Notes: generated from the sequence alone by a model not told the origin. Shown: positions 11,332 to 23,832, counted from the whole stretch's first letter. The stretch: DNA of 63,125 nt, filler included, from Bigelowiella natans CCMP2755 (GCA_000320545.1; 5 parts of 5 records of this genome joined end to end with filler, not necessarily neighbours in it), one strand, 5' to 3'. Made by a program: numbers and translations.

Positions 11332-11657
11332 TGTTGCGCGTAAGGTGTTCACAGGCCGAGGCGCTACGTGCACAAGTAGGCAGGGGGGGGGAAAGGCACG
11401 TTTGCTTCCTTTTGAAGAGTTGTGTTTATTTTTATTAAAGATTATATTTTTATTAAATCGTGCACTGCGTAATCATTCGCGAAGCTTTCGCGAATGCCGC
11501 CGCACGTGGGGCAGCACACTTCCGGTGTGCTGCCATGAGTCCCGCCGGAACCCACGTGCCTATGCTGTATTAATATCTACGTTATCTATATTCTATATCC
11601 GCGACAACCCCTTTGTTGTCGCACGTGACTTGTGCCCGCGTAGTGGTACGCGCTACA
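11332..11657 (-). repeat. 5' LTR (326 bp)
   Basis: Direct repeat of 5940-6265, upstream of the gag ATG at 11292. Confidence 0.95.
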
Positions 11658-12098
11658 AGGTCATGCAAGAATGCTCCCAGCTGTGAGCTGCATGAGCAAC
11701 TGACGAAAACTGTCAATGCAGAATTCAGCGACAACTAGAAAAGCTAATGGTCGGGAAGAGAGCATCAAATGTGATTTTGACCACATGCGGCGTTATTGAA
11801 TTACGCACATGCTACATACAAGTTCACATCTAGACATAACACGACGAGTCAAACAATGCTAGAATGGCCACAACGTTGTCATGTGATGACTCATGCACAC
11901 ATCGCCATTCTGTGTCCATGGTAAAATTTACATGTAGTTTTCTAGGCTCCTTACATAGTTCAATGCAACTAATGCGAAACTACGAATAACAACAGCGGCG
12001 GCTTTCTAGCTTTACCGGACACACAACTAGACAACATGATAAGCAAGGTCGAAGCCACTTGTTCATTCATAAAGCCACGCACGTACATTGTGCGGCGC

Positions 12099-13429
12099 TC
12101 AAGGTTGCGCCCCGGTTTTTTTTCCGATGCGCTTTGGTGTCGTTTCCCGAGCAGTAGCCATCCACATGTACCCCATGACGCCGACATGGCTCACATCGCT
12201 GCGCGTTGTCAACCCTCCGGTGGTATTGTAGAACACATCCAGGTTGAAAGCCTCCCCCTTCCGCACCTGCCAGCCCTCCGGACATTGCGAGATGGCTACG
12301 ACATATCCTTCTTCATTTCCAACAGTTGTTCCTGTCCCGTAGATGGCATCACCGCGGCAAACTACCTCGCCAGAGGACGCGCGACTGGCCTCTGCAAACA
12401 TCGCACCCGAATGCAAGTGCGCTACGGCGTGGATTATCCTGCCGTCTTGTGGGAAGAAGAAGGTAGAGTTTCGCCGGTAGATCTCCGACCCCGTGTTGTT
12501 GAAACGAGGGATGTCATACTCGATCATGCAGGCGCGCTCCTCGGTGTGAGACAGCTCGCCGGTGACATCCATGACGAAGATGTAAAGCGGTGTAATGTTC
12601 TCGATGTCCTCTCTCCATGTCACATTGTAGCGTAGGCGGTAGGAGACGATATCGTCCTTTGTGTAGCTGGTGCTATGTGTGCGACAACGCGTCATGTCCT
12701 CACAGCACGCCAAGCCCCCGATGTAGCCCTTCCGACGTGGTTTTACGCCTGTTTCCTGAAAGAACACATCATGTATTGATAAGACCGCACACGCTATGAG
12801 TAGAAAACAGGCAAAAGGAAAGGCAAGCAAGTGTCAAGAATTGCGACAATTGGATATCTCAGAATATATTAGGAAATTTTCCTATTGTTCACAGGTGCGA
12901 AGTTTGCAAACTCCCAAGCGTACCTGGCACAGGCATTCACGGCATCCAAGAGGGTCAATCGTATCGCGAAGATCGATTGCGTGCAGATCCACAGCCCATT
13001 TGTCACTGTCGTTTACTACCAGGCCATAAGGGCTCTCGAATGCAATCGGGGTACCTCGTGATTCTGATCCCACACCGAAAAGGTAAGATAGCTTCAGATT
13101 GCCGGTTCTTTTAGCCTCGTAATCGCAAAATCCGGAGTTGTGATTTATACGCTGCTGGACCTGAGAGAATGATCACACTGAGTGCTTGGAAAACAAGGTG
13201 CTATCATACTTCAATTTCAACGAAACTGTCATATGTTGGTGAGAATGCTAGATTGGTACCGTCCAGTGATGAAGGTAAGTTTGTGTAAGTGGCACTGGGT
13301 TGCCGATCTCGGAGTCATCATCGAAAACGAGATCTGCAGTGAACCCCGTAATAGCAATTTCTCCTGGTGGAAACTAGAATATAAAAGTATGCACTTAGAT
13401 TTGTTATAGATTTAAAGATATGCATATAC

Positions 13430-13497
<68 letters not shown>

Positions 13498-13717
13498 CAT
13501 ACATATGTGCATAGAGAGAGAGAGAGAGAGACAGAGAGGGAGAGATCATGTACGGTTTGAAAGTAGGTCTCACATCGATATCTATTGGATGTTTCAGAAT
13601 CTGCCCGGGAAGAAGCTGAATAGATGGCGAGAAAAATATCTGGTTGAACTCCTTGGGCTTTCCCCCTGCTACGAGGGCGGTGCTCATTGCACATGCAAAT
13701 AGAGTGATGGCCGACAT
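12099..13717 (-). CDS. SURNod19 (stress up-regulated Nod 19) family secreted protein, about 4 exons
   Basis: Signal peptide MSAITLFACAMSTALVAG; spliced DID|FPPGEIAITGF...VPLTQTYLHHW; FGVGSESRGT; LHAIDLR...GCRECLC; YIGGLACC; AVAHLH; YGTGTTVGNEEGYVVAISQC; HVGVMG. These match SURNod19 family motifs. Confidence 0.88.
13431..13540. repeat. Intronic (TA)n and (AG)n microsatellites (representative of dozens in the window)
   Basis: About 65 nt of perfect TA repeat followed by an AG repeat in SURNod19 intron 1; similar arrays occur in many other introns. Confidence 0.95.
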
Positions 13718-14099
13718 GGTCCTGCCTCTTCCGATTTATGTTTAAGAGAGAAACTTCCTGATATCCGACATACTAATTTGTTTGATATCATAAAACCCAT
13801 AGATTTTATAATTGCGACAATATCCTTATATTGGAATCTATGGAACATTTTCGTATCTTTAATTCTTTCTTAAAATCTGAATATTTTCACCCCATCTAGG
13901 TTCCGGATGCAGCTTTGAGTAGACGACTTACGAATTTGTTTGTCGCAATAATACTACTGCCCAATGAGTACTGCGGAATAAAGATAGGCCGAAATTACCC
14001 CTACGAGTATAAGCCTAAAATCAATGTGTTCGTTGTCGTAGTGTAAAAATAAAAAGGAGATTCATTTTGGGAGCACCTTTTCCCTTCACGCAGCCTTGG

Positions 14100-15620
14100 A
14101 GTGTGCCTCTGATGGGTTGCAGCTGATTTTTTGTGTCTCTTCACAAACAGGGTGCTGACAAGTCCTTGCAACGAGTGTTGTTGAGGCTCTGCTGCGTGCA
14201 AATGCCTGTCTCCCATGTGGTTCTGGCGCATGTAGTTTTTGATCAACGCTTTGTTCATTGTTCATTGTTCATTGTCCAAGGTGGCCTGCCCTTCCCCTTC
14301 CATCTTCTCCTGTGGAACTGCATTCATTCATTCATTCATTCATTCACTAATTCCTCCCATCAAACGGTTGTTCCTAAAGATGAAACCTTTCCGCAAGATG
14401 CCATCAACAGCGAGCTCTCACCATGGGCATTCGATCAGGCACAAAGTTCAAGGTCTGTGAACAACGACGAAGCCAGCAGAGTTGGAAAGACAACGAGAGG
14501 TGGAATGACATGGATGATTCAAACGACAGAAAGCAATGCTGAGCCACGCATGGAAAAGGTTGGAATTTGACGGGAAAGACTGGGTGTGCAAAGAAATCTC
14601 CAGATCTAGCTGGCCAGAGATCTTGCTAGCTTGCTGGCTTGGCGTGTCGTCACGTGCGTCTGCACGTGAGTCCGGTTGTGCAAAATGGTTTGAGTGCGTT
14701 CGCAACGGCTGGTCATTGTTCGTGATTGAACTTGGATTGTCTAGCAAGCAGTGTGACAGTGCGATTCCATGAAATTTGCTCCAGTCTAGCAGTTCTTGCG
14801 ATCGCTAGATCGTTTGAATTGTGCCGGTGCATGCTGTAGCACGCTAGCACGTCTAGACATGTTGTTCCAGCCTGACAGTAGTGCTGCCTAAGCTGTGGGC
14901 AAGGTCAGTCTAGCACCAGAGCGGTGTGTGATTCACAATGATTGCTGCAAACAAACCAACACCTGCTAGCCTGCATCAGTGCTAGAGTCTAGGAGTGCTA
15001 GAGTGGACATCGCTGTCAGCAGTCAGGACATGCTGGCATGCACATTTCCAGATTTGGACGTCTCTCCAAATAGCTAGCTCTGCAGATCTGGCTAGCTGGA
15101 GATCTTTGGAGCTCTAGATCTAGCTAGTCATGGAAGATGATGGCTAGATCTTGGGAGATGGTCCCATTGCAGCTCTCGAGCTATGACTGCTGAGCTAGTT
15201 CATGTCACGTTGCAGTTTGGACATTGCAGTTGGCATGAGCCAGATGAGCAAACGCTAAAACGTCTAGACGTGCTAATTAGCTAGCCTGCTAGCCTGCCAG
15301 AAACAAACTAGCAAACTGCAAAAATTCAATTGATGATGGGACTTGACATGAATTCAACTAATCCATGAACATCACAGATCGCTGGATCAATGTGTCTACT
15401 AGTCTAGCTAGCTAGGTCTAGAGGTTTTGCTCCTCAATGAACAACGCTTAGAACAACCGAGTTGCCATGCTAGCATGTGGAAATCGTGATCAGCAATGAC
15501 ACATCGACATTTAGACATGTACATTTTCAGCTTGGATCACATTGTTTGCCCTCTCTTTTCCGAGGAAAAGTCTTATAAGTGCTGCTCCAATTCATTTGAT
15601 GTTGCTCTAGCTCTTCATCT
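14100..15620. other. TpA-depleted, CTAG/CATG/TGCA-rich intergenic island
   Basis: Hand count 14521-15000: 15 TA, of which 12 are CTAG. Similar islands at about 5755-5935 plus 11662-11970, 20730-21290, 22480-23110, 37850-38990, 42140-42880, 50990-52350, 57700-58440 and 61740-62400. Confidence 0.85.
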
Positions 15621-15832
15621 ATGCCACGCTAATCATGGTAATCTGTCTATCTTATGATGACATCACTTACACCTAATGATATTGCTTATATTCCTGCTAT
15701 GAAAAATATAATCAGTTTTAGTTTTTGATTCCATTTGCTAAGCGTTCCATAGGTTTGCCAGACTAATATGGCTGTAGCACTTTTGGAAACGCTCGAAGAA
15801 ATTGCTGTGATCATAACGTGCATGAGGTTTGA

Positions 15833-18022
15833 CTAGTCCCAATCAGAGTCTTCATCAGAGTCTTCAAGATCCTCTTCAGGACCTCCAGTTACCTGGTTGC
15901 GAATATTGTCCATAGCTATTCGCAGATTATGAATAATTGCCTAATTGAATACATTTGTAACGTTTAAATTCAACTAAAGCAGGCATAGATTCTACAAAAT
16001 TAGAAATTACATCCTGTTGCGGTAATTCGACTTCATTAGCCCTTTCGTTATGATCCACCTTTTTCTTTTAAATATCAGCATGTCACAACAGAGGATGAAC
16101 ACTGTAATCAATCAGACGTCCAAGTAATATATCTATATGTCCTTACTAAATTTCCAGCTCGATTTTTGATAGCATCCTGTAGGCTAAGAGAAGGCTCAGC
16201 CGAGCTAAGTGACGAGGACTTTGTCTTTCTTGTAGGTGCATTCTCGGAAGCTTTGTTTTGATTTTTGGTGTTCTTGAAAGTAGGAGGAGTGATACTAGGC
16301 GGAGGAGGAAGTCCACTAGGAACATTCGGTGGTGGAGGGAGTCCGCTAGGAACATTCGGTGGTGGAGGTAACTCCTGAACAAAATTAAGTGTTTTGAAAC
16401 TCTTCTCATCTGCCACAAGCTACTATTACCATCGGAACAGGGGGAGGAGGGGGACCGGTAACAGGAAGAGGAGGAGCATTAGAAGGAACTGGGGGAACAT
16501 TCCCAGAATTTCCATTGAAGGATGTAGGAGCTTTGTTACTTCTCCGAGGCGGCGCTGGACTTCGGCGCCCCGCTGGAGGCGGTGTTTTACTTCGAGCTAA
16601 TAAAACGTCATTGATAACATCTGTGTACTTGATTTGTGTACAACATTCTTACGTGGTAATCGAGGCCCTCCAGGTGGAGGCGGCGGAGGCACAGACTTGT
16701 TCGGGATACCGTATTGCGAACTTGAATGTGCAATCGGTTGGTTATCGGATCCATTTTGTGATTCCATTTGTTGTTGGATTGTTTTGTAAAGAACCTTCGC
16801 TGTTTATATCCAAAGATGTAGAAAACATCAGACCAATGACCAGTAATCAATGCTCTATTCATTCTGCAAACCAGTTTGTTTGTTCTTAAGTTGTTTTTTT
16901 GAGATTCCTGCTGCCTTAAAAACATTTTTCCAAGCATCTGGTATGGTTTTGACCTGAAAAGCGATTAAAACATTAGAATTAATCATCATCTGCACAGTTC
17001 CCTCACAATGATACAAACCGCACAGTTATCTTACATCAAATCCAGTGTCTTCATCATATCCAATGTGAGCTACGTGTTTGAAATCGGTCGGCCGACCAAT
17101 GACTACTTTCTTTGTTTCTTCCTTTGTGAAGAAACTCTTTATCTTTTTGCCGATTCCAAATGGAAGGTATTCTTCGGTAATTGCACAATACAAATGAATG
17201 AAGTAACACATATTCAGCAATTTCGCACTCACGTGATTTTTTTCGTCCTCTTCCCTCTGCACGTGATCCATCTTTCGATTCCATAGCAGCAATCTTCTCC
17301 TGATATATTTATATATGTTACTACATTAAAGTGTAATGAAACACCTAATTACCTGTAACAATTTCCCAAGTCTAGCTTTCACGGTACTTGCAAATATCTT
17401 TGCTTCATTCGGATCAAAAAATCGGAATCCAACCACTTTGCCCTTCGAATTAATGATTTTATTCAAGAAAGTAACAACGTATGTTGATGCCCTACCTTTA
17501 TTTCAAAGGTATGAAAATCTGGCTGAGGGATTGAGTACTGCATCTCGTAATAAAGCTCTTGAGAGAAAATCACTCGTGATGGTTTCTATTCAAAAAAAAT
17601 GTATGAGTACAATTAAACTTTCAAGGATCGCAAAAACACAGTCTAACTACCCCAAGATCAACCATCTTGATAAGATGAGGAAGCTCGCCATTTTTTCTGT
17701 CAATCGTCAAAATGACAGCCCCCCAGGCTCCAGTATCATGCCAAACAGTTGGGGTTGTAGGTCCTGATGTAGCCTAGGTTAGAACTCGAATGAAAAGACT
17801 CTCAATGTAAACCTGAAATGTAAAGCTTCGCAACTGCTATTCTCAATGCAGGTCGCTCATATTTTCCAAGAGAATAATTGATAGCACTTGTTTCTAAAAA
17901 ATAATAAATAGTATTTCTCATGCTGTTTGATGAGCTTCATTATACGATGTCCTCTCTCCACACCTCCACACAACGTGCCCACATTTGATAGGACCTGATT
18001 TCGTTATGGAAGAGACTGCCAT
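15833..18022 (-). CDS. WAS: WASP family actin nucleation-promoting factor (WH1-CRIB-polyPro-WH2-C-A)
   Basis: WH1-like RIAVAKLY...WHDTGAWGAVIL; CRIB IGRPTDFKHVAHIGYD; poly-proline LPPPPNVPSG repeats; WH2-like LQDAIK...LKKV; acidic tail EEDLEDSDEDSDWD* with the conserved Trp. Confidence 0.92.
16297..16374 (-). repeat. 30-bp coding tandem repeat in WASP (LPPPPNVPSG, about 2.5 copies)
   Basis: CTAGGAACATTCGGTGGTGGAGG repeated at 30-nt spacing. Confidence 0.85.
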
Positions 18023-18305
18023 AGTTTTCTATCAAGGAATTCTGTTGCTCCCGATAATTTAAGTTGAAGTAAAATTTCTTTGATAAAGCCACTGCATTGT
18101 TGCTGTGCGACAAGTCCTTCAAAACCAGAACTTAGTACACATCAATTTTTCCCTGGATCCGCCGGTGTTAGATCTCACATTTGATTCTAACGGAGGTGCA
18201 TTTTGTGAAGATGCTCATATATGTGCTGTCGTAGACATTAGATAGAAGCAAAATCATAAAAATAATATTTCGGCTCAATAATATACTGAGTGCGGTGAGA
18301 ATACA

Positions 18306-20398
18306 ATGGAGTATCCGTGGCTCGTGTCTGGTATGACTAGTACTGGTTGCTAGATTATAAAAACTAACCTACGTCTTACCTCCTACGAAATCATCCAAGT
18401 ATCCTTGAACTGAGTATCATAGGATCATTGGGTATATTTGAAAAAAGTTTGTATTTGTCCATATGCTTGTCTTTCTAATTTGCAGATGTAATCAAGTTGT
18501 CGATCCTTTTTTTTATGCAGGTTTTCTATACATTTATCATTTTGATGTACTATGGCATATGAATCAAAATTTCATAAGTACTTCTAACCTTGTACTGCAT
18601 CATAGATATATAATATTCTTCAAGTCCTTTCTCCTGGCTCAAGCGGCGTCAAGAGACCCCTGCATTGGTGAAGCAAGTTGTGTACTCTTGACTTGCAAGT
18701 TAACAAGTATCAATCTTCTAAAAAAGGCTAAACGTGACTCGAAATCCACTCGGAATGCTATTTGTATTAGTAAGATAAGATTTAGTTGAAAACATTCCAT
18801 ATGCTTACACTCAATCAAATTTTTTGAGTGTTAGCTGGTTTCTTGCCATTGCCAATTTCCACTGCAGCATATTTTTGCTCTTTTTCATCAAGATTGCATA
18901 TCGAATCTCTCACGGAATTGTTCTCGACATAATAAGCCCTGATGTCTTCATTAGCAACCAATTAATACTCTTTTACAAACATATGTCAGGGGGCTCATGA
19001 GCCACTATATTTAGGTAAGGACCAAATAAATTATTGTTTTCTTTTGTGTACATTTCTTTATCACTGCTTCGCTTCTGGACAAATATCGTATTAGGCTGGC
19101 AGGTCTTTCTTGTTTCCCAAACCGTCGCCCTGGTACGTTGCTTCAAATCTCAAACCAATAGTTTCAATTTTAATATTTGATTGAACCTTCAGGCATCCTC
19201 TTGCTGTTCTGCATACTACATCACGTACAGTAATCACCGTTGTTGTCGATACTAGATTAACAAACTATGTCTGTCTTCATTATCGCAGATACAGAGTTCT
19301 GGTTGCATACTATGCCGCTGCAAAATTGACTTCGAGGTTACCTCAGAATATTGATACTTTTTGCAAAGTTCTAGCTGGGGGCAGTGCGGCGCTCCTTTTT
19401 GCTTTGGTAACAGCCTTCATTTGAAGATAGAGTATGAAAAATTGAAGGAATTTATACAGGTGATCGCTGTCGGGGTATCGAACAAACTGCGCGTAAATTC
19501 TTTCCGCCATTTAATTTTGATTCTTATAGTTTCTGGTGTGTGCTACATATTGTTCAAGTCCTTTTGGAGTCTGCGATATGAAATCGACCGTTTAAATGAG
19601 CAAAAAAGTACGCTTAGTTCAACACGTAGTACTAAAGGCTCGCAACAGAATCCAATGAATACTCCACAGAGACCTTCAGAACATCCAAGCAAAGAAAAAG
19701 ATGCAGGAATAGAACTCGACGTACGAAACCAACAACCTGGAATTTCAAATAAGGGGCTTTCACCAAGGGCTACGAGTAAGCTTCGCTCAAGCTTTAGTAG
19801 TAATAATTACTCTAATCAGGAATCTTCCAAATCACTTGGATTGCAAAAGTCGCCAACATTTTCAAAAAATTCTTCATCTAAAACCTCATTCGGGGCATCA
19901 TCAGCAGAAGCTAAAAAACGGCGGACTTATCACTCACAAAACATCCAAAAGAAGCGACTTCGGAAATATAAAAAACTAAGGAGAACACTTACAACATTCA
20001 TTTGGACAATTCCTCCAATTTGGTTAGTCATTATGTTTGCAAGTGGTGCCTTGTTCGTAACCCAAGTGAGAAGTGATGAAGACTTTAGCGAGGATATAGA
20101 CAGTGAGGCTCGAGGCGATTACATTTTCTTTTCGGATATTTCAACATACGTTACTCTCGCAGTAGGTGTTTGGTTCCAGTATTACGCCCATGTGCCATTC
20201 CATCCAAATATTTATCAAAAGCTCAAGTATTGTATACCTATTTTTAATTTCGTCCAATACTGTGGAACTTGCCTCTTAACCTGTTTGTGCTGTTGTTTCT
20301 ACATTAAATGCAACGAAGACGACGAAGAGGAAGACGAAGAAGAAAGTAAATCCTACAAAACTCAATATTTCAGCAAAGTTAGCACTGTTGATGTTTAA
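18306..20398 (+). CDS. Multi-pass membrane protein with long S/K-rich cytoplasmic loop (GPCR-like topology), multi-exon
   Basis: Long terminal ORF 19361-20398 with hydrophobic helices flanking a polar loop and a Cys-rich tail. Upstream hydrophobic exons (VVDPFFYAGFL); tentative start MEYPWLVS|gt. Confidence 0.6.
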
Positions 20399-21393
20399 TA
20401 TGTCGAACGATTTATGTGCACTATAATAATTATCGATGAAACCAATTACTGTGATCTTTATCACTCAATGGTTGCGTCTTTACAAACTCGTCGAAGATGT
20501 TGTCGCTAAAATACAAGCTGGATGAATCGTTTTTGGCATCATTATGGCGTTTGTTTGATGAAGGAGATTTGAGTCGATCTTCTCTTTGAGACTTCAAGGA
20601 AATTGCACCTTCATTTCACAATGTGAATGGAACTATCATCTTCTTGCACGAACTCCAAAACAAATTGAAGGGTGAAAGCTTTACTACAATATTGTACCTT
20701 TTTGCGAAAATCATTGTGTTTGTGTTTTTGTGTTTCAATGCCTTGGATTCTTTAGCTGAACGCTCAGCAATGTCTAGATGTCATTGGTTTACAATGCGTT
20801 GCTCACTTGCAAATAGCTTGATGCATGTTGCCATGTCTTTCGATTCTGATGTTCTGATGGCCATGACTAGATGATCATGTAGACACATCAATTGTTGCAA
20901 CCTTTTGCCTATCTGCCATCAATCGGCATAGCATACATCGCTCCATTCACACGGGCTTCAAACACAATCAGTGCCAGCTAGCCAAACTAGCAAAGCATGC
21001 AAGAAGCAATGCTAGCTAGCTAAAATGACGTGCATTCGCAGCTAGCTGAGTTGCGTTTGACGACAACATCAAAGCATGCTGCTCAGATCTACAAAGCTAG
21101 GTCTAGATATGCACATGTGCACTGAAACCTCTAGGTCTCTAGATCTCACCATCATGATTACATCAATGTGTGCATCTAGTCTAGCTAGCTAGTCTAGTAG
21201 TAGTCAACTAATCTAGTAATCTAGTAGTCATCAAGACACTTCATGCGAAATGCGTACTGACTAACAGCAGCTAATGGTAACGAGTACCGTTCAAGTTTTA
21301 GTGGGTTGCTGGACACGGTATATGTATATGTTGGAATTGGTATGATGTTCTGTACCAAGTAAAGTAGCTAGCTCCACTTTTATTTAAAACGTA

Positions 21394-22200
21394 TCATTTT
21401 TCTGTTTTGGAGTCAGTAGTTCCTTTTCGAACTAATCTTTCACTAGCCCAATCGTCTAGAGCGTAAGCTGGACGGTAAGTTCCATCTTTATTTAACAAAA
21501 GTGAGTTTTTACAGGTTGTGTGCCGACTTCCAAGGGATGTGTAGCCTTCATCGTAAAGATGGAAGTATCGAATTTTGTGAGTTCTTAAAAAGCGCCAGAC
21601 TGCGCCATAGCTCCAATTGATAATGGGATTAATTCTCATAAATGCTGGCCAACCTTTCGTCGATGGACAGTAAAACTCACCGGACTTTCCATTAGGGTCA
21701 GTACTACGTGTTCCAATCACAAATGCCTTAAACCCTTTCGACACTAATCCTTCGACTCCATGTTTGTATCCACATTGTAATATTGTTAGCTTTATACTGT
21801 GTTCTTTACAAGTATCTTCCACAAATTTAAGGGTGCCCTCGAAATCACTTTTTGGATTATAGAAGTAAACTGCATTTATTCTGGCGTGTTGTTTATCCGC
21901 ATTTTCACGCATGTATTTAGCAGTGGCTGCCATAGTAAGATACAACACAGCAGTTGCATCTTTACCTCCATTGAAGCTTACCATCAATTTATCTTGTCCA
22001 TATAGGCGGATTGCATCAACCATTGCATTTAAACTTTGTTGAAACAAAGCATCGCCTTCGCTCTCAATCTGTTTTAGCAGTGAAAAACGTGATCCCCTGA
22101 TTCGCTTAGCTTCATTTTTTCTTGTAAGTAGGGTACGCATTTTAACAACAAACGCATAACCGGCGACGAGAGTCGCAAGGGTCTGGACACTGCTCTGCAT
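21394..22200 (-). CDS. FAD1: FAD synthetase (PAPS-reductase family), single exon
   Basis: SFNGGKD, GTRSTDP, GWPAFMRINPIINWSY, LYDEGYTSLG, YRPAY...ER motifs; likely start MQSSVQT at 22200. Confidence 0.93.
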   Translation of the reverse strand: MQSSVQTLATLVAGYAFVVKMRTLLTRKNEAKRIRGSRFSLLKQIESEGDALFQQSLNAMVDAIRLYGQDKLMVSFNGGKDATAVLYLTMAATAKYMRENADKQHARINAVYFYNPKSDFEGTLKFVEDTCKEHSIKLTILQCGYKHGVEGLVSKGFKAFVIGTRSTDPNGKSGEFYCPSTKGWPAFMRINPIINWSYGAVWRFLRTHKIRYFHLYDEGYTSLGSRHTTCKNSLLLNKDGTYRPAYALDDWASERLVRKGTTDSKTEK

Positions 22201-23124
22201 GGCAAAACAGCACTGAGCTTTCGAACTGTTAGTTGCGCTGAAAACGTGGAATGCGAAGTATCTCAACTGACACCCATGACTTGTTTGGACTTTTGCATGG
22301 GACAAATAATGCCCTCCGTGTGCTGCCTACGACAACCGAAAACAAGCCATTTAGTTAACTCTGCGACATGTGTAGCCGATTTTTTGCCTTGTGCATCAAC
22401 CCATGCTGAAGAACGCGAGTCTCCTCGTATGAGCATGAGCGACAACTTCTTCAAAGTGAAAAATAATTCGATTCCCCTTCGATTACCTCCCGGACTGCAG
22501 GAACTGCATTCTGCAGGCGCTGCGCATCGTTGATCAGCGAACACCTGTCTAGCTGTGCCAATCAAACATTGTTTGCAGCACCGCAGTGAACTGGTGAAAC
22601 CATTTTGCGCGTGCCAGTTGCTAGTTTGCTGCTGGGCTGGCATTGAACCTTTTGTGAATCATCACGTGAACTGGTTGATTTTTTGCAAGCATTTTGCCAT
22701 CCTAGCATCAAGCAAACACAACACGCCAGCGCGCTCGAGGAACACAACGAAATGTTCATGCATCGCTGGACAATGAAGTTCAACAAAGTGCTGCTAGCCA
22801 CGTCATTTGCTGACATTGGCTAGTTGGGATTGTTGCATGTCCCCACATCTGCAATGGCATGTTTTTGACACATGACAATGGACATGCAACGTGATGTACA
22901 CATGATGTGTGTGCCACATTGTTGTGTCTGTTGTCATGATCATCTAGATCTACAGAGAGTTGACACTTGTGTCGCTCCTTCCCAGCTTCTTGCTTTGATG
23001 GTGTGAGCTCAATGTGTTCATCCATCTTGTCTGTACCGATGTTTGGATGTAAAGACCGCAGTTGCTGCTCACAGCCATCGACGAGACTTTTGCGAAGTAA
23101 CAAACAAGGGTGATTTGCGCTTAT

Positions 23125-23792
23125 CTACTCGTGCAGGGTTTGTGGAGTCTTTCCAGTCGCCATCAACAGACCTTTCCTCATCTCGCGCTGGTCTTGAATC
23201 TTCCTGCTGTCTTGGATGATTCGTTTCTTGCAATCTATCATCAAGCTGTTTCTTTTGATTAACACGCCCTCCCTCCTTATCTCCACTACCTTCGTCCTGG
23301 AAAGGATGAATGATGCACAGATGTCAGCGGTGCGCGATGATAGAAAGAAAACCACATACCACGCACAAATACACTAAAACGCAATTGGTATTATAACGGT
23401 TTCAATTCATCAGTTGCACTACACTGTGGGGATCTTACATTCTCCTCGTCGCCTTCCCAGAACAATGGCTCTGATGCACCGACAAATCCTAAAAAATGAA
23501 GGTCAACAACTCAACATCAGGGCGAAGTCGTCAAGTTTGACCGGGAATCGATGATTCAGACTTCAAACAGATCGGTTTTTACTCTAATGTGCGTTGAGTG
23601 GTGAGTGAAGAGAGAGCAACATGCTAAATGGTGATACTATAAATTTTGCAGAGCATCATCACAGCAACCTGAGTAATAGCCACGCTCGTTCCGAAGGCGC
23701 TCGTGTTTCAGCTTATTTTTGCGATTTAGCTCTTGGACTTCCCTGAGCGAAGCTGGTACAAATATAAATATAAAAGTTTATGGGCAGAAACA

Positions 23793-23832
<40 letters not shown>

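Larger units (their letters stand above)
5940..11657 (-). mobile_element. Full-length Ty3/gypsy-order LTR retrotransposon (gag-PR-RT-RH-IN plus C-terminal MTase-like domain)
   Basis: 326-bp direct repeats with TG...CA ends (5940-6265, 11332-11657), 4-bp TSD AGGT, PBS-like and PPT-like sites, and domain order PR-RT-RNaseH-integrase. Confidence 0.96.

Noticed and set aside
14100-15620. CpG-deamination or RIP as the cause of CATG/TGCA richness
   Set aside because: CpG (including CCGG and CACGTG) persists and TpA is depleted rather than enriched.
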